Source: Candidatus Nealsonbacteria bacterium DGGOD1a (GTDB taxonomy: Bacteria; Patescibacteriota; Minisyncoccia; Minisyncoccales; UBA5738). From it: a stretch of DNA of 46,493 nucleotides. Location of the stretch: NCBI GenBank assembly GCA_022530585.1, contig CP092821.1, forward strand, positions 392,222 to 438,714. Reading direction: 5' to 3'. Below the pieces are notes generated by a model. That model was not told where the DNA came from. It made no database searches and saw nothing but the letters and a program-made list of their open reading frames with translations. Positions 8,176 to 17,477 of the stretch are shown one piece after another. Every line of letters begins with the position of its first letter. Positions within the stretch are counted from its first letter, which is position 1. The translations under genes were made by a program, and so were the position numbers.

Positions 8176-9924
8176 ATGAAAATAACAATTGACGGCAGGG
8201 AAATTGACGCGAAAGAGGGGCAGACAATACTTGAAATAGCGAAGGAAAACGGAATTGAAATTCCGGCGCTGTGCTATCATCCGGATTTGTGCGTGAAGGC
8301 GAATTGCCGGATGTGCGTGGTGGAAATTGAAGGGATCGCCGCGCCGCAGGCCGCTTGCGCGACAAAAATTAAGGAGGGTATGAAAGTTGTCACGCAAAGC
8401 GAAAATCTTTCGGCTTTACGCAAGACCAATTTGGAATTGCTTTTGGGCCAGCACCGGCGTGATTGCGCCAAATGCGTGTGGCAGGGCAAGTGCGCGCTGT
8501 TGAAATACGCGCTGGAGTTAAAGGCCGATTTGAATGCCTATCCTTTGCGCAATCCCGAACCGGAAATCGTTAAATTCGGACCGATAATTTTGGACAAATC
8601 AAAATGCATCAATTGCCGCAATTGCGTTGATATGTGCTCCCGCCAAACCGGTTCCCGGCGCGGCGGCGAAACCGAATGCAAGTCGGACGGGTTTTTGGAA
8701 ATCGACGGCCGGGGATATGAAAACGGCGTGAAACCGTCCGATGACGGCAAAAAGGATTGCATTTATTGCGGGCAGTGCATCGTGCATTGTCCGGTGGGCG
8801 CGCTGGATGTTGAAAGCGCGGTGGATGAAGTGGACGCGCTGCTGAAAGACAAAAAGGGGAAAACTTTGGCGGTGCAATTCGCGCCTTCAATCCGTGCGTC
8901 AATCGGGGAAATGTTTGGTATTCCTCACGGGAAAGTGGTTACCGGCCAACTAACTGCGGCGTTGAAAAAATTGGGTTTTGACAAAGTTTTCGATACGAAT
9001 ATGTCCGCGGATTTGACCACGGTGGAGGAAGCCAAGGAGCTGGTGCAAAGAATTAAAGAAAACAAGCCTTTGCCGATGTTCACTTCCTGCTGTCCGGCGT
9101 GGATCCGCTATGTTGAATTTTATCGTCCCGACTTGATTCCTCACATTACCACGGTCAAATCGCCGCAAAATATGCTGGGCTCGCTGATCAAGACCCGCTG
9201 GGCGGAAAATAACGCTGTCAAGCCCGAAGATATTGTTTCGGTTTCCATAATGCCCTGTACCGCCAAGAAATATGACGCGTTCAAACCCGAAGAAAAAATC
9301 AATGGTTTAGCGCCGGCGGACTTTGTTTTGACCACTCGCGAGCTGGGGCGGCTTTTGCAAAAAAACAAAATCAATCTCAAAGATATGCCCGAAGGAACCG
9401 CCGACGATCCGTTTGGCGTTTATACCGGCGCGGGGACGATTTTTGGCGCCACGGGCGGCGTAACCGAAGCGGCGGCGCGCACGGCGCACTGGCTGATCAC
9501 CGGCAATAATTTGGAACAGGCCGATTTAAATAATTTGAGAGGCATCGCCGGACTGAAGAAAGCCGAAATTGAGATCGCGGGAATCAAATTGAAAATCGCG
9601 ATTGCCAACGGGATGGAAAATGCTAAAATAATTCTGGACGATCTGGCGAGAGACCCCAAGGCCTATGATTATGTTGAAATTATGGCTTGCCCCGGAGGCT
9701 GTATCGGCGGCGGCGGCCAGCCCCTGCCGGTGAGCGACGAGATTCGCCAAAAGCGCGCGCAAGGGCTCTATTCCGACGATGCTGCCAAGCAAATCCGTTT
9801 TGCCCACGAAAGTCCGGCGGTGGCCGCCGTTTATGACGATCTGCGAAACGACGAACACAAAATTCACGAAATTTTGCACACGCGATACGCGCAAAAAGGA
9901 AAAAGCGAAATCAAAAAACAATAA
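8176..9924 (+). CDS. hydA: [FeFe]-hydrogenase catalytic subunit (2Fe-2S, 4Fe-4S and H-cluster domains)
   Basis: N-terminal 2Fe-2S ferredoxin-like fold, two CxxCxxCxxxCP motifs, and H-cluster signatures TSCCPAW, MPCTAKK and MACPGGCIGGGGQP. Confidence 0.9.
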   Translation: MKITIDGREIDAKEGQTILEIAKENGIEIPALCYHPDLCVKANCRMCVVEIEGIAAPQAACATKIKEGMKVVTQSENLSALRKTNLELLLGQHRRDCAKCVWQGKCALLKYALELKADLNAYPLRNPEPEIVKFGPIILDKSKCINCRNCVDMCSRQTGSRRGGETECKSDGFLEIDGRGYENGVKPSDDGKKDCIYCGQCIVHCPVGALDVESAVDEVDALLKDKKGKTLAVQFAPSIRASIGEMFGIPHGKVVTGQLTAALKKLGFDKVFDTNMSADLTTVEEAKELVQRIKENKPLPMFTSCCPAWIRYVEFYRPDLIPHITTVKSPQNMLGSLIKTRWAENNAVKPEDIVSVSIMPCTAKKYDAFKPEEKINGLAPADFVLTTRELGRLLQKNKINLKDMPEGTADDPFGVYTGAGTIFGATGGVTEAAARTAHWLITGNNLEQADLNNLRGIAGLKKAEIEIAGIKLKIAIANGMENAKIILDDLARDPKAYDYVEIMACPGGCIGGGGQPLPVSDEIRQKRAQGLYSDDAAKQIRFAHESPAVAAVYDDLRNDEHKIHEILHTRYAQKGKSEIKKQ

Positions 9925-10060
9925 TTTCCAATTTTCAGTTATCAATTTTCCCGCCAAAGGACGGATTCGCCTCCGGCGGACATTGAATTTTCAATTTAAC
10001 AATGTGCGTATTTGTATTTTTGTTCGGCACATTGGAAATTGTTGCATCTATTGAAAATTG
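9925..10060. repeat. MITE-like element, family B (copy 1)
   Basis: The 54-nt core at 9942-9995 matches 12415-12468 at 52 of 54 positions. Ends are caattttca / tgaaaattg inverted repeats. Confidence 0.7.
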
Positions 10061-10071
10061 AGAACCGTTGA

Positions 10072-10593
10072 TTGGAAACTGAAATCATGGTTAAATTATC
10101 AACATTATCGATATCAAAAGAAATAGTTTTAACCGCGGGGCTGGTTGGGGCGGCGGTATTGGCGCCGTTGGCGCATTCGCAATTGGTGACCGGAACGATT
10201 GTCAACGCGGTTTTATTCGGCGCGGTGATGCTGGCCGGGTTTCGCGCGGCGTGCGCGGTGGCGGTGATTCCCAGTTTGATCGCTTTGGCCGCGGGAACTT
10301 TGCCGTTGGCGATGGCACCGATGATTCCGTTCATAATGGCGTCCAATGCCGTGTTGGCGGGAGTGTTCGCGTTATTGAAAAAAACAAATTATTGGATCGC
10401 GGCCGCGGTTGCCGGCGGGGCGAAATTCGGATTTTTGGTTTTGAGCGCGAATGTTATTTTGGCGGCGATGACACACGGTAAAATGACCGCGGCGCTGGCA
10501 TCAATGATGGGCTGGCCGCAGTTGATCACCGCGTTGCTGGGCGCCGGATTGGCGTTCGCGGTTTTTGAAAGAAAATTGTTTAAAAAAATGTAA
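10072..10593 (+). CDS. polytopic membrane protein (173 aa), function unknown
   Basis: About five hydrophobic helices rich in Ala, Gly and Leu. I cannot name a motif confidently. Confidence 0.5.
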   Translation: METEIMVKLSTLSISKEIVLTAGLVGAAVLAPLAHSQLVTGTIVNAVLFGAVMLAGFRAACAVAVIPSLIALAAGTLPLAMAPMIPFIMASNAVLAGVFALLKKTNYWIAAAVAGGAKFGFLVLSANVILAAMTHGKMTAALASMMGWPQLITALLGAGLAFAVFERKLFKKM

Positions 10594-10600
10594 AAATAAT

Positions 10601-10822
10601 ATGGCTTTTAACGAAAAAACCACTTTGGAAGAAGTGCTGGAACTTTCCGTTGCGGAGGATGTTTTGTCGAAATATAATGTGCCGTGTTTGGGGTGTCCGA
10701 TGGCAAAGATTGAAGCTTCAAGCCTAACGATTGGACAGATATGCGCGTCCTATGGCATCGACCAGGAGAAGCTGTTGGCCGATCTTAACGCGATCGCGAT
10801 GAAGCCCAAGATCAAAAAGTAG
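10601..10822 (+). CDS. DUF1858-like small redox/disulfide protein (hybrid-cluster-associated type)
   Basis: VPCLGCPMA CxxC motif and the TIGQICASYGID tail. I chose the ATG at 10601 because the earlier start overlaps the upstream gene. Confidence 0.6.
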   Translation: MAFNEKTTLEEVLELSVAEDVLSKYNVPCLGCPMAKIEASSLTIGQICASYGIDQEKLLADLNAIAMKPKIKK

Positions 10823-10824
10823 CT

Positions 10825-10995
10825 GTAACCGCTTATCGGGATTAACTCTGAGAGCGAATGCGAAAGTCAATCCTCAGTTTTTGGGAGGTTTGGTTTTCGC
10901 ATTCGTGCCATTCGTTGCCGCAAATTCGTTGAGGATTGACCTCCCAAAAGTTGAGGTCAAACCTCCACAAATTTGCTCCCCGGTGAGCGGTTGTA
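10825..10995. repeat. complex multi-hairpin palindrome
   Basis: Outer stem aaccgcttatcggg / cccggtgagcggtt and inner stem cgaatgcgaaa / tttcgcattcg. It shares the cagtttttggga module with the MITE at 24783. Confidence 0.6.
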
Positions 10996-11070
10996 AGCGG
11001 GTTGGGTTAGTTGCAAGGTTTGTTGTTTGTGGTATATTTAATTTGTAAAAAATAATTTAACAAAAACCGT

Positions 11071-12093
11071 ATGATAAAAGTTAAGAAAAGCGTGTTGATA
11101 CCGGCAGTTGGATTGATTCTGTTCGCCGCGATTGCCGCGGGAGCGTATTTCTGGATGCCGGCGCAATTTCGCCCGCTGAAAACGATGAAAGCCGATGACG
11201 CGGCCAAGAAAGCGATTGACTATGTCAACAAGAATATGCTTTCGCAAGGAATGGTTGCCACTTATAAAGATGTGAAAAGCGAAAACGGAATGTATACATT
11301 CAAATTGACGGTTCAGGAAAAAGATTATGCCGCTTATGTCACGAAAGACGGCGCGCTTTTCTTCGCGGAAGGAATTCCGCAGGCGATCCCCTTGGATAAA
11401 TCTTTGGAAAGCGAGAGCGCGAACACGGATGTTGCGAAGACCGACAAACCGGATGTGAAAGTTTTTGTGATGAGTTATTGCCCCTATGGCTTGCAGGCGC
11501 AAAAAATGTATTTGCCGGTTTACGATTTGTTGAAAGACAAAGCGACGATAGGCATATATTTCGTGAACTACGCGATGCACGGCAAAAAAGAACTTGACGA
11601 AAACTTGCGGCAGTACTGCATTCAAAAGGATCAATCAGACAAATACGCCGCTTATTTGAAATGTTTTACGGTCGCGACGACCGCCGCGGACGGCACGGCC
11701 GGATACGCCAAATGCTTGACTTCGGCGGGGGTTGATCAATCCAAATTGGGCGCGTGCACGGCGGCGGTTGACAAAGAATTCAAAATTACCGCCGATTACA
11801 ACGACAAGACAACATGGATCAGCGAACAATTCCCGAAATTCGCGGTTAATGATGATTTGAACACGAAATATGGAGTGCAGGGGTCGCCCACGATCGTAAT
11901 CAACGATACCGATGCTTCCTCATTATTGGCGAGCAGATCGCCCGAAGCGTTTAAACAGCTTATTTGTTCGGCGTTCAATACCCAGCCGTCCGAATGCGGC
12001 ACGGCGCTGTCTGATGATCAGCCTTCAACCGGATTCGGCGCGGGTACGGCGGCGGCAAACACGGGCGCGGCGGAAGGTTGCGCGACCAACTAA
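11071..12093 (+). CDS. membrane-anchored thioredoxin-fold/DsbA-like protein
   Basis: N-terminal TM helix, a VFVMSYCPYG CxxG/CPYG-type active-site region and several conserved Cys. Confidence 0.55.
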   Translation: MIKVKKSVLIPAVGLILFAAIAAGAYFWMPAQFRPLKTMKADDAAKKAIDYVNKNMLSQGMVATYKDVKSENGMYTFKLTVQEKDYAAYVTKDGALFFAEGIPQAIPLDKSLESESANTDVAKTDKPDVKVFVMSYCPYGLQAQKMYLPVYDLLKDKATIGIYFVNYAMHGKKELDENLRQYCIQKDQSDKYAAYLKCFTVATTAADGTAGYAKCLTSAGVDQSKLGACTAAVDKEFKITADYNDKTTWISEQFPKFAVNDDLNTKYGVQGSPTIVINDTDASSLLASRSPEAFKQLICSAFNTQPSECGTALSDDQPSTGFGAGTAAANTGAAEGCATN

Positions 12094-12109
12094 ATATCGC
12101 TCAAGAAAC

Positions 12110-12340
12110 ATGATCAAAATCTATTCAACGCCGTTTTGCCCGTATTGTTCAACATTGAAAGACTATTTGAAAGAAAAAAAGGTTGAATTCACCGATGTCG
12201 ATGTTTCGGAAAACGAAAAAGAGAGGGATGAGATGATTGAGTTATCCGGCCAAATTGGCGTACCGGTGGTAAATGTGGACGGCAAAATAATCGTGGGGTT
12301 TGACAAAGAACAGATCGATGAAGTGTTGAAGTTGAAATAA
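12110..12340 (+). CDS. glutaredoxin-like protein
   Basis: MIKIYSTPFCPYCSTLK (CPYC), plus GVPVV and the GF motif. The ATG at 12110 follows the upstream stop. Confidence 0.8.
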   Translation: MIKIYSTPFCPYCSTLKDYLKEKKVEFTDVDVSENEKERDEMIELSGQIGVPVVNVDGKIIVGFDKEQIDEVLKLK

Positions 12341-12394
12341 AAAATCGAAAACATTGGAACTGACGCATCAATTTGCGCCAGTTTTGGTAAAAAA

Positions 12395-12556
12395 TAATTT
12401 TCAATTTTCAAACTTCAATTTTCCCGCCAAAGGACGGGTCCGCCTCCGGCGGACATTGAATTTTCAATGATCCAATGAACAAACGGGATGCCAACCTGCA
12501 TTTTGTTTGAAACATTGCGATTTGGAACATTCATTGAAAATTGTAAATTGAAAATT
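12395..12556. repeat. MITE-like element, family B (copy 2)
   Basis: Core at 12415-12468 in the same orientation as copy 1, with tgaaaattg-type ends. Confidence 0.7.
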
Positions 12557-12566
12557 AGCAATACTT

Positions 12567-13589
12567 ATGGCTAAAATCGCAATCAATGGTCTTGGAAGAA
12601 TCGGTCGGCATGTTTTTAAATTGATCTTGGACAAACACCCGGAGTTGGATTTGGCGGCGGTAAACGATCCCACCGATCCCAAAGTTATCGCCCATCTTTT
12701 AAAATATGATTCCATTTATGGCCGGTGGGATAAAGAGATTGAAGTTTCGGAAAAAGAAATAATCGTGCGCGGCAAAAAGAGCGATAATCGCGCGGCGATT
12801 TTCGCGGAAACCGATCCGGCGAATTTGCCTTGGAAAAAATTGGGCGTGGATGTGGTTTTGGAGTGCACCGGCCGTTTCACGAAATACGATGACGCGGCCA
12901 AGCATTTGATCGCGGGTGCCAAGAAAGTGGTGATTTCGGCGCCGTCCAAGGATGGCGAAAAGGTTCCGTCATATTTATTGGGCATTAACGCCGATGATTA
13001 TGATCCGGCCAAAACCGATATTATGGATATGGGTTCTTGCACCACCAACTGTTTGGCGCCGGTGGCAAAAGTTTTGAATGAAAATTTCGGCATCGTGAAA
13101 GGTTTTATGACCACGGTGCACGCCTATACCAATGACCAAAAAATTCTTGATCTGCCGCATAACGATTTGCGGCGGGCCAGGGCGGCGGGATTGAATATTA
13201 TTCCCACCGGCACGGGCGCGGCCAAAACCATTGGCAAGGTGATTCCCGATTTGAAAGGCAAGCTGGACGGCATTGCCTTGCGCGTGCCGGTACCGACCGG
13301 ATCGGTGGTGGATTTGGTTTGCGAACTTGGCCGGGAAACTACCGCCGCCGAAGTCAACAGCGCTTTGGAATTGGCTTCCAAGAAAAAGCCGCTCAAAGGC
13401 ATTATGTTTTGCGAAACCGCGCCGCTGGTCTCCAGCGATTATATCGGCAGCGGCTATTCCTCAATCGTTGACGCGGGGCTGACAATGGCCAACGGCAATA
13501 TGGTCAAAATCGTGGCGTGGTACGACAACGAGTGGGGCTATTCCACCCGCCTGGCGGAATTTGCCGAATTCGTGGGTAATAAAATCTAA
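12567..13589 (+). CDS. gap: glyceraldehyde-3-phosphate dehydrogenase, type I
   Basis: INGLGRIGR, SCTTNCLAP and WYDNEWGYS motifs. Confidence 0.95.
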   Translation: MAKIAINGLGRIGRHVFKLILDKHPELDLAAVNDPTDPKVIAHLLKYDSIYGRWDKEIEVSEKEIIVRGKKSDNRAAIFAETDPANLPWKKLGVDVVLECTGRFTKYDDAAKHLIAGAKKVVISAPSKDGEKVPSYLLGINADDYDPAKTDIMDMGSCTTNCLAPVAKVLNENFGIVKGFMTTVHAYTNDQKILDLPHNDLRRARAAGLNIIPTGTGAAKTIGKVIPDLKGKLDGIALRVPVPTGSVVDLVCELGRETTAAEVNSALELASKKKPLKGIMFCETAPLVSSDYIGSGYSSIVDAGLTMANGNMVKIVAWYDNEWGYSTRLAEFAEFVGNKI

Positions 13590-13833
13590 AATGAAAAAAC
13601 GAGTTAATAATTTCGCGTATATTGATGGCGCGAATTAAAATAATAAACCCCAATAGAGACGAAACTCTATCAGGGTTGAACTATATATTGAAATCACATT
13701 TAAAAACCGCACTAAAAGTGCGAAAATTAAGGAATCAAATGATTTCAATGATTCCCATCACCGGTGCGGGTTCATAGTGTGATGTGAATAGTATTTTCAA
13801 CTTAGCGAATATCTCTATAAAGTTAAAAAATCC

Positions 13834-15753
13834 ATGATTAAAAAAGGGGAATTGTATTGGCCGGACGCGGCGGCGAAGAAGCGGGCTTGGTTGAAGTCAA
13901 GGGCGGTTTATGCGCTCGCCGAGAAAAATCCGGTGAAGTTTTGGGAAACCATTGCCAAGGAGTTGCTTTGGCGCAAAAAGTGGACTAAGGCCTATATGGA
14001 CACGCCGCCGCATATCAAGTGGTTTGCGGGGGCGAAGTTGAATATTGCGGAGAATTGTTTGGACCGGAATTTGGCGGCGCGGAAAAACAAGGTGGCGCTG
14101 ATCTGGGAGCCGGACGATTCCGCCCAGCCGGCGCGGATCATCACTTATTACGATTTATACCGCCAGGTGAATAAGTTTGCCAACGCTTTAAAAAAACTTG
14201 GCGTCAAAAAGGGCGACCGGGTGGGAATTTATTTGCCGATGATCCCCGAAGTGGTGGTGAGCATTTTGGCGTGCGCGCGCATCGGCGCGGTGCATTCAGT
14301 GGTGTTTTCCGCATTTTCGGCGGCGGCCTTGCAGGTGCGCTTGCAGGATGCGGGCGCCAAAGTTCTGGTCACGGTGGACGGTTATTATCGCCGCGGGAAA
14401 ATCGTTGATCTGAAAAAACAGGCTGATGAAGCATTGAGCGGCACGGCCGTAGAGAAGGTGGTGGTGGTCAAGCGCGCGGGGAATGAAGTGCCGTGGACGC
14501 AAGCGCGCGATGTTTGGTATGAAGAAATTGTTCGCGGCGAATCCGATGAATGCGCGCCGGCGGTAATGGATGCCGAAGATCCGTTGTTTATTCTTTACAC
14601 CAGCGGCTCCACCGGCAAGCCCAAGGGGGCGATGCATACTTGCGGCGGGTATATGGTTTCGGCCTATGCCAGCGATAAATGGATTTTTGATTTAACCGAT
14701 GATGATATTTTCTGGTCTACGGCGGATATCGGCTGGGTGACCGGACACACTTATTCTTGTTATGGCCCGCTATTGAACGGTGCAACCTTTATACAGTTTG
14801 AGGGCTCGCCGGATTATCCCAATCCCGATCGTTGGGCAAGCGTGATTGATAAATACGGTGTGACCGTGTTTTATACCGCACCCACGGCGATTAGAATGTT
14901 TATGAAAAACGGTACGGAAATTTTGAAGCCGTATTCGTTAAAAACATTGCAGGTTTTGGGGTCGGTGGGCGAACCGATTTCGGAGAAGGCGTGGAACTGG
15001 TATTTTACCGAGGTGGGAAAAAAGAAATGTCCCATCCTGGATACTTGGTGGCAGACCGAAACCGGCGGGATTGTGGCGACATCTTTGCCGGGAATCGGGC
15101 CGTTCAAGCCGGCACATACCGGATTGCCGCTGCCGGGGATTCGTATTCGCGTGGTTGACGAGGCGGGCAAAATTTGTCCTGCGGACAAAGAAGGCAGCGT
15201 GGTGCTGGTGCCGCCGTTTACTCCGGGGTTGTTGCGCGGCGTTTGGGGTAATGAACAAAAATTTATTGATACTTATTGGAGCCAGTATAAAAACAAACTA
15301 TATTTTTCCGGCGATCTAGGTTATCGCGATAAAAACGGGTTGTTGCGGGTGGTGGGACGCGCCGACGATATGATCAAAGTGGCGGGACATCGCTTGACCA
15401 CGGGCGAACTGGAGAGCGCGGCGTGCCACGAACCGATGGTGGCCGAATGCGCGGTGGTGGGCGTGGTGGATGAGATAAAGGGCGAAGTGCCGGTGGCGTT
15501 TGTGGTGCCCAAAAGCCAATCTAATGTTGAGGGATTAAAAGAAAAAGTCGTGGCGGCAATTCGTTCCACGATCGGTCCGATTGCCACTCCGCACCAGGTT
15601 TTCATTGTGGCCGATCTGCCCAAAACCCGTTCGGGCAAAATAATGCGCCGCATTTTGCGCAAGGTTTTCACCAAAGAAGAACTGGGCGACCTATCCACCT
15701 TGGCCAATCCCGAAAGCGTGGAAAGCATCAAAAACACTGTCAATTCTGTATAG
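13834..15753 (+). CDS. acs: acetyl-CoA synthetase (AMP-forming)
   Basis: YTSGSTGKPKG, WWQTETGG and the PKTRSGKIMRR C-terminus. Confidence 0.93.
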   Translation: MIKKGELYWPDAAAKKRAWLKSRAVYALAEKNPVKFWETIAKELLWRKKWTKAYMDTPPHIKWFAGAKLNIAENCLDRNLAARKNKVALIWEPDDSAQPARIITYYDLYRQVNKFANALKKLGVKKGDRVGIYLPMIPEVVVSILACARIGAVHSVVFSAFSAAALQVRLQDAGAKVLVTVDGYYRRGKIVDLKKQADEALSGTAVEKVVVVKRAGNEVPWTQARDVWYEEIVRGESDECAPAVMDAEDPLFILYTSGSTGKPKGAMHTCGGYMVSAYASDKWIFDLTDDDIFWSTADIGWVTGHTYSCYGPLLNGATFIQFEGSPDYPNPDRWASVIDKYGVTVFYTAPTAIRMFMKNGTEILKPYSLKTLQVLGSVGEPISEKAWNWYFTEVGKKKCPILDTWWQTETGGIVATSLPGIGPFKPAHTGLPLPGIRIRVVDEAGKICPADKEGSVVLVPPFTPGLLRGVWGNEQKFIDTYWSQYKNKLYFSGDLGYRDKNGLLRVVGRADDMIKVAGHRLTTGELESAACHEPMVAECAVVGVVDEIKGEVPVAFVVPKSQSNVEGLKEKVVAAIRSTIGPIATPHQVFIVADLPKTRSGKIMRRILRKVFTKEELGDLSTLANPESVESIKNTVNSV

Positions 15754-15754
15754 G

Positions 15755-15908
15755 AATTTGTATTTTGGGTCGTTCCCCTGCGTAGCTTCAGCGAAGCAGG
15801 GGTGCGACCCCGGTAAATTGTATTTTTTCAATTTCCCGCTTTTGCGGGATTTTGTTTTGAAATTTTTGAACTACGAAACGCTCGCCTCAACGCATTTCGT
15901 AATTCAAA
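15755..15908. mobile_element. MITE-like element, family A (degenerate left end, mini IR-IR unit at the right end)
   Basis: tttgtattttgggtcg...cgacccc is homologous to the copy at 39799. tttgaactacgaaac and tttcgtaattcaaa lie at 15865-15908. Confidence 0.5.
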
Positions 15909-15929
15909 AAAATGTGGTAAAATAGCAGT

Positions 15930-16166
15930 ATGGAGACAATGGAATTCCGGCAGGCATTGTTTTGGGATGTTAATCCCAAAAATATAGACCCTAAAAAAAA
16001 CGCGCAATATGTGATTGAGCGGATTTTGGATTTCGGCAACGATGCCGAGGTAAAATGGATGTGGGATTATTACGACAAAGCGCTGATAAAAAAGATCGTG
16101 GACAAATCGCGCTGTTTGCGTCCGCGCACCAAAAATGCATGGAAACTGCTTCTGGAAAATTATTGA
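15930..16166 (+). CDS. small conserved partner protein of the AbiEii-like NTase (putative antitoxin)
   Basis: 78 aa. Its stop overlaps a possible start of the downstream NTase gene, suggesting translational coupling. Confidence 0.55.
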   Translation: METMEFRQALFWDVNPKNIDPKKNAQYVIERILDFGNDAEVKWMWDYYDKALIKKIVDKSRCLRPRTKNAWKLLLENY

Positions 16167-16813
16167 ATTTTGGAATTTTACCGCCACAAACCAAAATTGC
16201 GTTTGATTTTTTGTCGTCTCAAACTTGGCTGGAAGGAAGCGGCTGGTACTTGGCGGGCGGCACGGCGCTGGCATTACAGGCAGGGCATCGCAAATCATTC
16301 GATTTGGATTTTTTTATGGCCGGACGAAGCTTTGATACCAAAAAAGTTTTGGCCAATTTTTTAGATATTGCCGATTGGAAAACAAATCTCGATGAAGAAA
16401 ATACGATTTATGGCGAATTATTCGGTGCGAAAGCGAGTTTTATCGCTTATCCTTTTTTTATACCGGCAGATGATTTTATCAAGCATGGGGCGATCAATAT
16501 TTTGACGAGCCGGGATATCGCGGTGATGAAAATTATCGCTATCTCGCAAAGAGGCCGAAAGCGGGATTTTTTTGATTTGTATTGGTGTTCCAAGAATATT
16601 GAGCCGCTGGAAAATATCGTTAGAAGGTTGGGGAAACAATATCCAAGCGTAGCGCACGATTATCACCACATTTTAAAGAGTTTGGCCTATTTTGAAGACG
16701 CGGAGGCGGATTCTGACCCGGAAATAAAATTTAAAGCGAATTGGGGTCAAATTAAAAAATATTTTAAAAGTGAAGTGCCGCAAATTATGAAAAAAATAAT
16801 GGATTTAAAATAA
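16139..16813 (+). CDS. nucleotidyltransferase AbiEii/AbiGii-like toxin family protein
   Basis: The WYLAGGTALALQAGHRKSFDLDFF motif is typical of DUF1814/AbiEii. The start is uncertain: ATG 16139, or TTG 16163 overlapping the upstream TGA. Confidence 0.65.
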   Translation: METASGKLLNFGILPPQTKIAFDFLSSQTWLEGSGWYLAGGTALALQAGHRKSFDLDFFMAGRSFDTKKVLANFLDIADWKTNLDEENTIYGELFGAKASFIAYPFFIPADDFIKHGAINILTSRDIAVMKIIAISQRGRKRDFFDLYWCSKNIEPLENIVRRLGKQYPSVAHDYHHILKSLAYFEDAEADSDPEIKFKANWGQIKKYFKSEVPQIMKKIMDLK

Positions 16814-16931
16814 ACTACCCCGTGGCAAAGCCGGCGGAGTATTGTTGAAGTTTCTCGTTGGTCGGAAATTTATAACGCACTAATCAAAGCGCGCAAAGGC
16901 GATTCCGCGAGTGTTGGCGTGCTTGAAGTGA

Positions 16932-17465
16932 TTGATTGATATGGCGCGTCCCAAAATCAATGTTTTCATCGGTGCAGGCATTGGTTTGGCAATTATATTG
17001 GTTGCCGGTGTCGTTTTTATGCAAAAATACCCTTTTGGGGTTAAAAAATATAAAACCATTTTCGTTGGTATGGATGCGGCGGAGAAAGCGGGTGATTCGA
17101 TCGGTTGGGCGCCGCCGGATGACACTGTTATGGAATCGAAATTTTATGTGTATTCTTTGGGCGATGAAGCAATGTGTATCAATTCAAGCTGTGGTGCGGG
17201 GGCATATTTTGCGGAGTGTCTGGGCGGTTGGATTTCCGGTTATAAAGATATTGGCGATGTGGCCGATTACGGTCTGCGCGAGGCGGGAGTGGACATTAAT
17301 AAACAAAAGATTATTACCATTGCCGACAAAGACGCGAAAATCGTTGGCGTTTACCCCGGCGCCGGCATCAGAAATTTACCTTACATCATGAATAACCATC
17401 GCAATCTTGTTTCAAAAGAAACTTTTGATATTTGCTGGAATATGATGCCGCGGCTATGGAAATAA
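16932..17465 (+). CDS. hypothetical membrane-anchored protein (177 aa)
   Basis: N-terminal TM helix followed by a Cys-containing soluble domain. No motif recognised. Confidence 0.5.
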   Translation: MIDMARPKINVFIGAGIGLAIILVAGVVFMQKYPFGVKKYKTIFVGMDAAEKAGDSIGWAPPDDTVMESKFYVYSLGDEAMCINSSCGAGAYFAECLGGWISGYKDIGDVADYGLREAGVDINKQKIITIADKDAKIVGVYPGAGIRNLPYIMNNHRNLVSKETFDICWNMMPRLWK

Positions 17466-17477
17466 TCAAAATGAGGT

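Noticed and set aside
13591-13638. 15-codon mini-ORF MKKRVNNFAYIDGAN directly after gap, reminiscent of the start of NYN/LabA-like proteins
   Set aside because: It is far too short for a reliable call. It may be a gene remnant, but the resemblance rests on about 6 residues.
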